Below, one piece after another: positions 39,601 through 52,691 of a stretch of 64,000 nucleotides of DNA. Origin of the DNA: Dicyema japonicum (Eukaryota > Animalia > Dicyemida); assembly GCA_011109175.1 (NCBI GenBank), contig RDEW01000055.1, positions 201,516 to 265,515 of the forward strand. Direction: 5' to 3'. The notes beneath the pieces are model-generated. The model did not search any database and was not told the origin of the DNA. It saw nothing but the letters and a program-made list of their open reading frames with translations. Within the stretch, counting starts at the first letter, position 1. The number at the start of each line of letters is the position of its first letter. The position numbers and the translations under genes are program-made.

Positions 39601-42600
39601 TCGTGGCCGATTTTATCCATCACTGGCAGTTCTAAATGCCCAAACTTTTATTTCGATTTGGAACAGGACTCTACGATTTCTAACTTCCAGTACCTTTACT
39701 CTCCTCTTCCAGCGAGAGAGTTTCCGTGCGATTTGTTCTACAGCCCCGTTCGGATTAAAATTGACACGAATGCCGTCCAAAATAAAATAATAAAGTTTAT
39801 AATTTGTTTATTCGAAGAAAGTTTGTCTTCTTCAATCCAATCGACGAACGCCTGAGATTCCGATGGGTCAACAAGGACGAGTTTATCTTCAGTAAGGACG
39901 TCAGTTTGCAATGTTTTACTGTGGAGGACTCAGTCGGTCCTGGAAAACGATACGAGGTTCTTTAATGACGCTTATTTTCAGATGGCCTTTCAGTTTGAGT
40001 GCAAAGTCGAGGGGATTTTTGAGTTTCGTGGGATTTGGTGATTCTACCAATAAACCTTACACTCCCATTCACATTTATTGGAACCTACACCAACCCTTGT
40101 GTGATGCTCGATCGGTCATTCATTGACTTTGGCAGAGCATTCATAGGTAGAGTCTAATTTTACCATAATAGGGAGAAAGCTGATTTCCAAAATAAAGATA
40201 ATTAATTTGGAGGACTTCCCCCAGGAATATACAGTCGACAGATCCTCATGTTTCAGCACAAGTTTTATCTCCCATTTGACCATTACACCAGAAAGTGGAT
40301 TTCTTTTACCAAAATCACAGTTAATTATGTTAATCACAATAGTAACGACTTGGAGATAAGTTACTGCCACGATAAGGCAATAAATGTGAACATTCACCCA
40401 CTGATTTACATAAAAAACAGAACGGCTCCACTTAAACTCAACATCAAGGCCGTTATCGCGGGTCGAATGCATGGTAGTCATGGAAACAGAGACCAAACAG
40501 AGAATCCCCCTTAAAGAAAACGAGCTTAACCTCTTTGAACTAAACAAGGTCATTTACGTTAAAAATAACAGTTTGCCACTGGGGAAACCATCGTCTATAC
40601 ATTTTACATCACCAACAAGAGTAACTTTCTGATTGAGTACAAATGGGTCACCAACGAGGACATTGATGACTCTTGTAAAATTTATCCCGAATTCGGAAAT
40701 ATCCCTGCTTTTGAAGAAACGAACAGTCACTTACTTCTGAGGTTCCCTGATTTCGGAAACAACAGGAAACTGACCATCAGTCTCTCTGTATACTATATCC
40801 CATATGTCTAGATTATAAATGGGCCAACTTACAAGATCAGTCTGGTTTTGAAGTCGAAGGTCCCGGGAATTCATTTTTCGTTCTTCTCCCATAATTTTGA
40901 GCTCTGTTATATCCACCCAGCTGGGACCACCAAAAAGAGAACTGAATTAGTGCTGTATAACAAGGAAAAGTCCAACTTGAGGTTGTTCACATCTGTGATT
41001 ATAGTCTGCGACTTATTCGAGACAACTGTGACCCCTTTGATGTTGAATTTGAATCGGTGTTGTTGAGTCCGGAGCAGGAAGTAATCGTCCCGATCAGTTT
41101 TACTCCTTCAAAGTCAGGCAAATTCTCAAAGACCATCACCTTTGAAATAAACGGAGTCCACTCGAAGACTGTCCAACTGTTCGGAAAGGCTGTGGATCTA
41201 AAAGTCCTCATTTGTAACATTAAAGATTGAAACCGCCGAATTGAATGACACCACCCTCAATTTTGGGACTATTAAAGTGGGGGGTGTTAAGAAAAAGAAT
41301 GTTGTTTTGCTCAACAAGACATCACAACCAGTTAATCTCAAGTTAAGTCTGATAACCGCTCGATCCACCGCATTTCAGCGTGGTTTGATGGAAATAAAGC
41401 CTTCCAGTATGATTTGCATGGAAGCAAAAAACGGAAGAATGCCAATTTCCTTAATTTTCTCTCCCAAAAATCGGGTTTCTGAATTTACAGACGAAGTACG
41501 TGTTTTCTACATTCGTAGGTGTTGATTGAAGTCGAGGACATTGCTTTCAGGGCTTTCTATGTGACTGGAAAAGCCATAGCCTCCGATGTGGTCCTCAATA
41601 CCTCCAATATTGCCTTCGGAAAGATCACCCTGGGTTGCAGTGTCGAGAGAAAATGCCAGATTCTGAATAATGGGGACATTGGAGTGAGGTTTAGACGTTT
41701 AGGGAGTCGTAGATTTGTCTGGGAGAATACAAACTCGGAAATAGAGATATCCCCATCAACGGATTCGTTAAACCGGGGGACATGGCTCCGATTGATATTG
41801 TTTTGAAGCCAAATTCAGTGAACAATGATATAAGAATCGAGGTTCCGTGAATTTACCGTATTTGCAGAACATCAAGTGTTTTCTAGGCGACATGACCTGT
41901 TTGGATCTGATTGTGACGGGGTCCTGTGAGGCGGCCATTCCGTTTAAGGAAATTGAATTATTCGTCACTTCTGTCAGACAGTTGGATCGGAGACAAATAC
42001 CACTGATAAACAGATCCAGTCAGACAATGTCCATTGAACCGAAGATTGAGGGGAAGTATTGGTCAGGGGGAGATCACATTATTGTTGAACCCTATCAGAC
42101 TAAATTGTACGATGTTATCTACCAACCGTTGAGTATGACCACGGAATCCAATAGACACTACGTATGAGTATCTGTTATTCCAGGGATCAATATTTTTCCC
42201 GCTCCCAGACGGGACTGCCCTGTATTACACTCTTCAGGGAATCTCAGAACCCCCGAAACCGAGCGGGAAACTCTCATTAGAAGTATCCTCCAAACTACAA
42301 CTAAACGAATCCGTAAAAGTAGAGAATTGGTTGAACGTTTCCCAATGGTGAACCATTAATGTTATAAATGCAGCTTTAAGATTGTGATAACCCACGTGCG
42401 ACCAGAAAAGGTGGACCAAACCTTCAAAGTTCACGGTCCCTCGCACATAAACGTGGGAGCTTTGGAGACTGTGAATTATGATTTCAGTGTTTACTCCTAC
42501 AAAGAGGGAGCATTCAACTTTAAGGTTCCCCCTTGCTTGATTTTAGATAACATTCTTGAACGAATCGTCTGGTGAGTACATCTTCTACGAGGTTTTCGTA

Positions 42601-43570
42601 AAATGCACAAAAACCGAATAAGTTTGGGCCGATCACCATCTCTTCAGTAGTCAGGCAGACGGTCTCTGTGCCAATAGAAATCGAAAACCCCTTGAATATT
42701 GGCGTAAATTTACAAGTGTCCACCAATATCTCTGAAATATCGCACCCACCAGTGCTCACTGTAGGACCGAGATCTTCCGTTTGCCTTCTGTTAATGTTAA
42801 GACATCAATGGCCGTCGATTACCAGCCGGTAAAGGCCGGAGAGGGAATTCTCGGTAAATTGGAGCTTTTTTGTGTTGAGCTCGGCCATTTTATCTACGAA
42901 TTCATTTTAACTGCGGTTCCCCCAAAGTGTGAGAGTCCCATCAATTTTTCCGCCTACCTTGGTTCGAGCAAAGTAGAAGTGGCAAAGCTTTTTAATATTG
43001 CAAAACAAAAATGTGATTATGTCTTGAAGGTTTGCTTATTCTAATTCCGTAGACTAATAATCCTGACTTCCACGTTGAAAAAATCCTCAGTGCTGTTCCA
43101 GGGGGAGCCTCGGGAAATTTGATTCCCATAGATGTTGTGTTCGAACCTTCTAAAATTGGATTGGTGGAGGGAATTCTTAGTGTTTCCTCGAATATTGGCG
43201 GAGAATATGAGTTTCCTTTAATAGGGACATGTCTGGCTCCGAAACCTCAGGGACCTCTGTTGGTGAAGGCGGGGATGACCATTTATGTCCCCTTTAAGAA
43301 TCCTTTCCATTCAACCGTTAGTCTGAATGTGCAAGTATGGGCTTTTTCTTTTTGAAGGTGGACAACCCGCAATTTTACGTGGCACGTCCGGTGGAAACCG
43401 TAAAACCGAGAAGGGAGATTAGAATTGCAGTAGGATTTAGTGGAATCGATTTGGCTGGCAAAGGAGGAGTCTCAGTCTCAAAACTTTCCATCATTTGTGC
43501 AAAATCACAAACAGTGGAGGAAAGGATTCAGTGGGTCTACTATTTGAGAGGGGTTTCCAGCGAAAAGTAA
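27691..43570 (+). CDS. HYDIN: Hydin, axonemal central-pair protein (about 4600 aa, roughly 80-85 introns of about 20-28 nt)
   Basis: Hand splicing gives continuous Hydin motifs: IIELLDMSET, QPFPSEIFFQ, LRNNDKVPRL, FTPEENKDY..CITEREKF, GARPILDFPD, GSVIGPTF, FGPLLVGKSREKY, FPLPDGT, GGEYEFPLIGTCLAPKPQGP and WVYYLRG; ends TAA at 43570; a dozen or so 1-nt homopolymer indels. Confidence 0.96.
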
Positions 43571-43844
43571 TTTCAGTTTAATTTACTAATTCTTTAAAAT
43601 AATGAATTTTTAACTCACATTACTTTTGTTGAATAATCATTATAAATACAAACTCAAAGTGGGTGAGGTTGAATACTGCTTAACCAGTGGGGACATTATG
43701 TTAAGGATAAGCGATATCAATAGTATGTAAGTTATGCAGTATAGATCATTTAGTTATTATGGTCCAATAAGGTACCACAAAGGAGTCCAGGCTCGTCGGG
43801 TAAAACTCGTGGTTATTATTTTGCACAATTAAACTAAAAGAAAT

Positions 43845-43975
43845 TTATTTCATCGTCGCTTTGAAACACCGTGAATAATCTTCCATGTTAGATTCTTTCA
43901 CGCTCTCCTCGAGTTTCTTATTTAAAGTCAAAAGATCTTTGTGAATTGAAATAGGCAGAGCGTCAAAAGTATCCA
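43845..43975 (-). mobile_element. RTE 3' remnant split by the Vingi-like insertion (other half at about 47005-47080)
   Basis: Joined across the TSD it reads FGHIL..PNIAM (right flank), then LPISIHKDLLTLNKKL (left flank), the order seen in the RTE C-terminus. Confidence 0.55.
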
Positions 43976-43997
43976 GGATATAAAATGTTGTTAGCGT

Positions 43998-44057
43998 GGT
44001 GTCATGTGGCTCACCAGAAATGGTGTCACCCATTCCAAAAAGGAATGAAAAGAGCCA
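43998..44057 (+). ncRNA. Candidate pseudoknotted RNA element at the LINE 5' end
   Basis: GGUGUCA-UG-UGGCUC-ACC-AGAAAU-GGU-GUCACC-CAUUCC-AAAAA-GGAAUG-AAAA-GAGCCA; same helix order as 5732-5793. Confidence 0.55.
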
Positions 44058-44122
44058 ATAGATTTTTCCCACCGTCCGGTGGTCCTTTCATCTCCTGTGT
44101 CTTCGACCCTGTCTGGTGTCTC

Positions 44123-44179
44123 CATTTGTCCAGAATTTTGATTCTTCTATGTGGAGACGTCGAAACCAATCCTGGTCCA
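44123..44179 (+). other. 2A-like ribosomal StopGo peptide
   Basis: HLSRILILLCGDVETNPGP matches D(V/I)ExNPGP exactly and is in frame with the APE domain. Confidence 0.9.
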
Positions 44180-47100
44180 TGGAGAGGTTTTACAATTATA
44201 CAACTGAATACGAATGGGATCAGGAAGAAAATCTTTGAATTCCGGGCACTCCTCCGCAAAAATGAGGCTGACCTCGCTTTAATACAGGAGTCCAAGCTAT
44301 CTCCCTCCATACCAACACCCTCTTTTCCCGGATACACAGTGATCCGTAAAGATCGTCAGAGAAGACGCGGAAGAGGACTACTTACTATTATAAAGAACGA
44401 TTTTCTTTTTGTGGATACAACTCAACTAACCTCAGAGCTTCTTGGCTCCGACAAGACTTTGGAGCAGATTACTGTCAAAATGGAGTTATTCCCGTTCTTT
44501 TGGATCCATTTAGCTAATTTATATATTCCTCCACAAGGATCGTGTCCGTCATCTTACACCCCTGATTTATCACGCATTTCAACGTTGAAAAATCTACTGT
44601 TATGTGGAGATCTTAATGCACGACATCCAGTTGGCTCACTTTCCAATCTTCTGATAACCGAGAGATAACTCATTGCAAATTATCCCTTCCTGACCTGATT
44701 ATACTGAATAACCTTAACTCATATACGAACCCCCATTAAGGATGACTGATAGCTGCACATCCCCCCCGACTTAACACTATGCTCACCTTCTCTGCTTGGA
44801 CTCATCTCCTGGAACGTCTTTTACGGTCTTCTCCAGTGACCACAATCCAATCCTTCTAAACTGAGAGGTCTTCGACGATACAGGAGACGGCCGGCGGAAT
44901 CAAAAAGATTCAAGGATTATACGAAGGTTGACTGGTCTGGTTTCAGTAACCTTGTGGATAAATTCTTGGCCGGAGATTATCCTTCCCAATACGCTCTATT
45001 GACGAGGCCGCAGAAATTATCAGCGCTGCCATTCAGAAAGCTGACCATATTTTTATTCCTATATCGTCATACAAGAAGTTTATTCCTACCCTCAGCTCTT
45101 ATACAATAAGTCTTATAAAACAAAGAGACCGGCTGAAGAGATGCCATCTGTTGGACATGAAGTCTTTGACAGCCCTCAGACAACTGAATAAAAGATCTGT
45201 CAGAGCATAAAAGAACACAAGGACAAGAGATGGCAGCATCTAGTTAACCACCTCGACAGGAAAAGTACATCCCGACATTTCTGGAAAACTCTTAAACAAG
45301 TCAAGTCGGAGCTGGATGATGCAGACGGAACCGGAAAGTCTTCTCCTGAACACTTATGCCACCTACATCCTAACACCTTATGAAACATTACGCTGGAATT
45401 AGCTTCAAACCATTCTCGAAACACCTGGACATTAAGGTGCGTGCCCATAAACCGAAGAAGGAACCTTACACGAACTATTCACAGATGACCAAGTCTTGGA
45501 TGTGATCACCAGATTAAAGAGCTCACGGGCGTGCGGGCTTGACAAAGTATCTTCTATTCACCAAAAACACCTAAGCCACTACGCAATTGACTACCTCAAG
45601 CATATATACAACTGTCTATTAACTAAAATATTATTCCAAGATTTGAAAGAATTCTATCATCAGACCGATATTGAAGGCTGGGAAAACAGAGACAGAACCT
45701 GCATCCTACAGGCCTATTTCCGTTACCAGCACACTGTCAAAAATTATGGAGAAACTTGTATTATCAGTCATTATTCCGTATCTTCCGCGTCCTATATTTC
45801 AACATGGTTTCCTCCGCGGTAGGTCCACCGCTACATACTTGGCAACTTTATTGCAGTTCATTGCCGACGGTTTTAACACCCAGCCTCCGCTTCACAAACG
45901 CACAATATTGGTTTCTCTTGACGTCAACAAAGCTTTCGACACTGTTTCGTTGAAAATCTTAGTTGGAAAAATATTTTCTACTAATATTCGTCCGAATGTG
46001 AATTTATGGCTGGTCAACTTTTTGTCTGGAAGACGTGGAAGAGTAGTCAGTGGTGATCTCAGATCTAGATCACGATTACTACCAAACGGGGTACCTCAGA
46101 GGTCTCCACTTTCACCAATTCTATTCAACCTATTCCTACACGACCTACCTAATGATGGAGACGAAGATTTCCTGCTATTATCCTACGCAGACGATGTAGT
46201 CATTGCAATAGGAACCGCTCGACGCAAGTCAAAACTCAGACAAAATTGAACAGTCTCCACGATTGGATTGTTGGCAATCGACTAACGATTTCTGCAACTA
46301 AGTCCATCTGTTTCACTTTCACTTCGGACCGTCGTTCCAAGGATGAACCGAGTCTTTTCATTGGTCCCACTAGGATTCCAGTGACAAGTCCCCCATTGTC
46401 CTTGGAGTCAAGTACGACAGCCTTCTCAATTTCAACTCCCACGCAACAGACATGATCACCAGGGGCCTCCAGAAAGTTAACGTTATACGCGCCCTTGTTT
46501 GGAGGATCACGAGGAACATGGACTTTTCCGTTTCTACCTCTACCAACAAACAATCGCGCCTGCCGTTGAGTATGCCTCCGTTGCATGGAGATCCGGGCTA
46601 TCGGAGTCTATGGTCCAAAGAATCAACTCGATATACCGGAAAACAATCAGTATGCTTTGCCCACGTAATGGATCAACAGTCGACCCACTACTCATGGAAG
46701 CTAAGATCCGTAGTCGTGGCTCCGGATTTCTTCGCGTCTGTGAGGAAGATGGAAATCCGCTTCGCCTGATCCTTTCCATGGCAAGAGAAAACCGATTGGA
46801 TAAGAAATTCCCCTCCCCGATCGGATTCCTCTGCAAGACCGAGAGAAGGCTCTTCCGGAAAGTAGTGGGGACAATGGAAGATCACAGACGTCGAATGGCA
46901 CAATTGATTGCGAGGACTGGGATCACCTAACTGTTTGACTCTTTTGTCTTTCTTTCTCGGTGTTCCCGGGGTTATTAAAATAAATAAAATAAAAAAAGGT
47001 ATCCATAAAGCTCTGGAATTAAGCTTCATAGCAATGTTAGGCTAAATGCTTGATCCATTTAGGATATGTCCAAATAACTTCCACCTCTTACTAAAACTCG

Positions 47101-47256
47101 TGGTTCCTCACGTTTAATATAATTTAACTTCTGTTAATAAACATTCACGCATTATAATGAGATAAAATGATTTAATAATGATTTGTCTTTTACAAACAAT
47201 TTTATGTGACCTTGTAGCTTACAAATTTTTTTTTTTATATCAAATTAGTTATTAAT

Positions 47257-48985
47257 TTAAACAATAGAAGTCAGGTAGTTGCCGCCCTCACTGCGTGGCT
47301 GTTCCCTCTCAAATTGCGAGCGAAATTCGCTCAAATAGCCAGCGGCGTTCACGAAGATCTCCAGTGCATGAGGTGATCCGGTTTCCAAGACGTCCGAAAA
47401 ACTCGAGTGTAGAGGGGGAGTAGGATCCGGAAGTCTCCATAGCAAGGGGAACAAATTTGACATCATCGGGAAGGTCGACGTATTTAACGAGTTTGGCTTT
47501 CTCCGCCTTACGGATGCTGAAAAGGCCCTTGTAGCACTCTCGTGAAGATTTTTCTGGCGAACGTGTCTGTACATGTCACATCCCAAACCAGTGGTTTCCC
47601 GGCCTCAAATGGAAATATGGTCATCCCGTCGGTCGTTTCCCGTTACTTCTGCATAACCCGACCGGTTCAAGAATGGCCGAGTATCCAGCAGCATCCATAG
47701 CTCGCCTGACAATTTCATTCAGAGCCTTGTGCCTTGGGGATCTGCCAGCGCTCCTCCTGCAGGCGAGAGGGTGCAGGCCATAGCAGTCTATCAGGATGCC
47801 ACATCGGCACGGGTGAGGTACACATACTTTTAGTCCCAGCCGCAGAGAGATACCAGTTCTAACGCATTCATCATCCAGAAAAGTGCCCAAAGTTCCATTG
47901 GGGATGGCGTTTAGCCAAGCTCCGCTCTCAGGGGAAGCCCCCGAAAGCAGGCTTCTCGTGCGTGGATTATCTCTTGGTCAGTTGAGAATTCGGGTGGGGA
48001 GTGTAGAATCCTCCTGACCAAAGGTTCGCAGGCCGTGAGTGATGATAAATGAGCAGGAAGTGAGACGTCCAGAGTTCGACGGATTCCAAGATCCCCGAAT
48101 CTAACTGGGAGTGTAGCCTGCATCCATGTATCATCGTCGAATCGGACATTAAAATATTTGCTCCGTCGAGCAGAGGAGAGACAAATCAAAATTCTCGAGC
48201 AGCTCCTGTTGAGAATAATATGGAGCTGTCCTTAGTAGATAGGAGATTCTCTGGATGTTGAGACTTCTTTTTAATAGGAATAGTGCGTGTGCAAGTCCAG
48301 CAGCTGTAATCTTTCCAGCGAATCGCATAGGAGTCGTTTTTTGTCAAGGAGGACATGCTTCATCGCATTACTAGTGATCGGGATCCAAGAAAAATCAATT
48401 CATTTTCAGGGGTCGAAATCCCACCGGATACAAGGAGTAAAATTTTTGAACAATTGAAGAGAAGTCATCGTCAGCAAGACCACAGTTTGTTATTTCACGT
48501 TTCGTTATATTCAACTGAAGACCCACCTCGGACAGCGCGGGGATGAGTACTTCTAAGTCCTGGAAGACCGTTTCCGGGGACCTCCTAAGACAGCGTCATC
48601 GAGGTACCAGATGTTGAGTGGGCATCTAGAGAGCTCGTGATCCTCTCAATGCCGAGGGAGAACAGCAGTGGTCCGAGGGGGTCGCCCTGTTGAACACCTG
48701 AGGACGATGGAACTATGAAATCCCCGTGCAATAGTGATGAAGGTTTTCCGTATGAATTAATTGACCAGTTCAAATATGTACGGACATCTTTCCTTGCAGG
48801 CCTCCAGAATGCAGTCTCTTCTTAAGCTGTTAAAGCGTTCTTGATGTCCAGTTTTACCATAATGTGCCTTTTAAAGTCTTGAATGCTGCTGTTCCTGAAT
48901 CTTCTGACGGAGTGAACGGCTGCCTCACATCCAAGACGAACTCCGACTCCAACTTGACTGGGAAGTAAGGATTTTGACAGATTGA
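47257..48985 (-). mobile_element. CRE-like non-LTR retrotransposon (RT to 3' end), decayed
   Basis: QVGVGVRLGCEAAVH, GVQQGDPLGPLLF, WYLDD, QATLPVRFG.LGIR, HPLACRRSAGR..RH and GKRP. Confidence 0.9.
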
Positions 48986-49629
48986 CGTAGAAAATCAGGC
49001 AAATGTCTAGATAATATCCTGTTCATAAGAGAAGTGAGTGACAAATTAAGACGGAAGGAGAGTGAACATGCATAATTTTTTATGTTGCACATGTCATGAC
49101 AATGATTTCATTAAATTGTCTATTGATAATTAGCTTGAGGAACGTAGTTTGCCTCGAAGGTCGGGACCTCCACCATTTTATGTTTCTTCCGTCAACCATA
49201 TTCACAAATCAGAACCTGCGTTTTAATACAGAAACCCCTGATCATCTGTTCCTAGTAATCGTTTCATAAGGGTTGCTTGCTCATAGATAGTGCTTCTTCG
49301 AGTCCCACTCGGGCGCAAGTTCAATTGCTGCTCTTCTCTAAGGGTAAAAAAGTCTATCGGAAAACGTCCCTCACATCCATAGAGAATGATTCATCGAAAT
49401 AGAAACAAGAAAGCTTCTTTCTGTCTAATTTTCAGAGACATATAAGTGTTTGGAAAATTAATTCTTTCATATTCACAATTTAGTCTCCCTTAGTTAAATT
49501 GTAGAGCAAAATAACATAAAATAATTTGAGTATACAAAAGGACCAAAAAATCTGAAAACACTGTAATCTTATTTAAGTGTAATTTTTTGCAAGCCTAGTA
49601 CAACGGCTATATTACATGACGTTTCACTC

Positions 49630-49891
49630 TTTAGTTTTTGTTTTTGCCCTAAGGTACCCTTTTCATGACAATTTTTTCTATATTTGAAATTTATTAGCAG
49701 TTCCGACGTTGATCAGGGATGACAAGTCTTTATCAGTCAGCCTAGAAGTTTTTGTTGCTTTCATTATGGAAAACAAGTGTTCATACATAAACATTGACAT
49801 AATCCTCATTGAAAGTTATCAGAAGTTTGTGAACTTAGCGGAAAGGTATGAATAGAAGCAAGATATCCCCACGTCGAGGTATTTTGTTTGA
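49630..49891 (-). mobile_element. hAT transposase C-terminal remnant (GTF2IRD2/SPIN-like)
   Basis: MRIMSMF..EHLFSIMKATKTSRLTDKDLSSL. Confidence 0.6.
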
Positions 49892-49899
49892 GTGTAGAA

Positions 49900-51142
49900 C
49901 AGTGTTTCTCAAACTGGGGTCAGCGATCCAATAAAGACCGCGGAACAATCTTTAGTAATTTATATTAGTCTACTTTTATATTATATATTTTAAATTAAAT
50001 TTTAAAAAGAGCGTGTTTAATTTTATCCTTGTGGGATTTCCTGTTCAAATAATTTAATGAATAAAAATACATATATCAAATATGGATTCACTCTGAGAAC
50101 TTTAAAGGTAAATGTTCCAATTTTTTTGCTTTCCAAATTGATGAAAGCACGGATATCGCCAATTTGTCTCAATTATGCGTATATGTTCGTTATATACATG
50201 CAAGCACCTTGAAGATGAATTCTTGTTTTGTGAAACTCTCAGCACGAATACAACGGCCAGGGATATATTTGATAAACTTGACAGATTTTTTGAAGTACGT
50301 GGCATCAATTGAATAATTTAATTGGTGTGTGCACAGACGGTGCACCAGTAATGTAAGGTTGCCGTTCCTGATTTCAAAACTTTAGTCAAGGAAAAATTCC
50401 CAAATGCTATTGGTGTACATTGCATGATCCACCATCATGCAACGATTTGAAAAATGTCATGAATGTCATAGTTAAAACGATAAATTCTATTAAAGCCAAA
50501 GCACTCAATTCTCGTCTACTTGCTGGGTTATGCAAAGAAAATGACTTTGAATTTGAGACTCTGTTGTTGCATTCACATGTGAGGTGGCTTTCAAAAAAAG
50601 TATTGAAGAGAGAATTTATACTACGAAAAGAAATACATGAATTTCTTAAAGACTTCAAACCAAAACTGCATAAAAATTTTTCTGATACTCGTTTATTAAC
50701 TTTATTTTCTCAGCAACCCATTTGCAATTTCAGGATCTCTCTTCTGAAACCAGGAACAATTTATCGATTCGTTTAATGATGGATATGCAAAACACGTTTT
50801 CAACGAAGTTTCCCAAAGCGATTTTTGGATTCAAATGGCTGATTCCTATTCAGAATTGGCAAAGATGCTTACTCCATTGCAACTACATATGAGTGTGAGA
50901 TAGCGTTTCAGCACCACTTACCATCAAATCAAAATTCCGTAATAGATTGGATGTGTCAAATAACATGAGGTTGCATTGGCTAAATCACAACCCGACTTAG
51001 AAAAACTGTTGATGATCAAACAAGTGCATCCATCTTATTAATCATCATTCTTTAATTTTGCACTAACTTTTTGTTTTTGTTAAAATGTTAATACACTAAT
51101 TTAATGAAGGTCTTTTTAAAAAAAAAGTTTGAGAAACCACTG
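49900..51142 (+). mobile_element. hAT (Buster-type) transposon, internally deleted
   Basis: TIRs cagtgtttctcaaact and agtttgagaaaccactg; 8-bp TSD GTGTAGAA at 49892-99 and 51143-50; FQIDESTD, VCTDGAP, VHCMIH and LLLHSHVRWLS. Confidence 0.95.
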
Positions 51143-51558
51143 GTGTAGAATAATAAAACAGGTTTATTGGAAAATAGCCTAGCGTTATCTCAACGTGGTG
51201 ATATTAGGCCACGTCGTTCTTTCAGTCCTTAATGACCACATAACATAGTAGAATGGGACACAGCCTTTCCAAGCATCACGTCAATCCATATCCACTTTTG
51301 TGGGGACCAATCCAGTGAAGTAAAGAAGGATATATCTATTTTGAATGCGACAATAAGCGTCTCCAAACAGGTGGATCATATAAAGTCTCTTAGGAATTAT
51401 GAAGCAACATAGAAAAAAAGAAATGGTTTGGTGAAGTTGGAAGCCAAAACTAATATTTTATGATAAAAATGGTTAGCCGCAACGAAATGATTAGGTAATT
51501 AATTATGAATTATTAAATAATAATGTTAAATAAATTAGAATATTTAAGTAATGATCTG

Positions 51559-52691
<1,133 letters not shown>

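Larger units (their letters stand above)
43976..46998 (+). mobile_element. Full-length Ingi/Vingi-like LINE: 5' structured RNA, 2A peptide, APE endonuclease, RT, no RNase H seen
   Basis: TSD GTATCCA at 43969-75 and 46999-47005; LLCGDVETNPGP; QLNTNG, IQESKL, NLYIPP, GDLNARH and SDHNPI; SYRPIS, QHGF, DVNKAFD and YADD; A-rich tail; now frameshifted. Confidence 0.92.

Noticed and set aside
28670-41830. HYDIN pseudogene or programmed frameshifting
   Set aside because: The shifts are mostly single-base changes at homopolymers with no nonsense codons, typical of long-read errors.
29106-42759. Many minus-strand ORFs overlapping HYDIN
   Set aside because: Antisense shadows of coding exons with no recognisable motifs.
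27691-43570. Alternative genetic code or stop-codon readthrough to explain the fragmented ORFs
   Set aside because: In-frame stops fall inside short GT/GC-AG introns or after 1-nt indels; spliced exons are stop-free in the standard code and end at a normal TAA.
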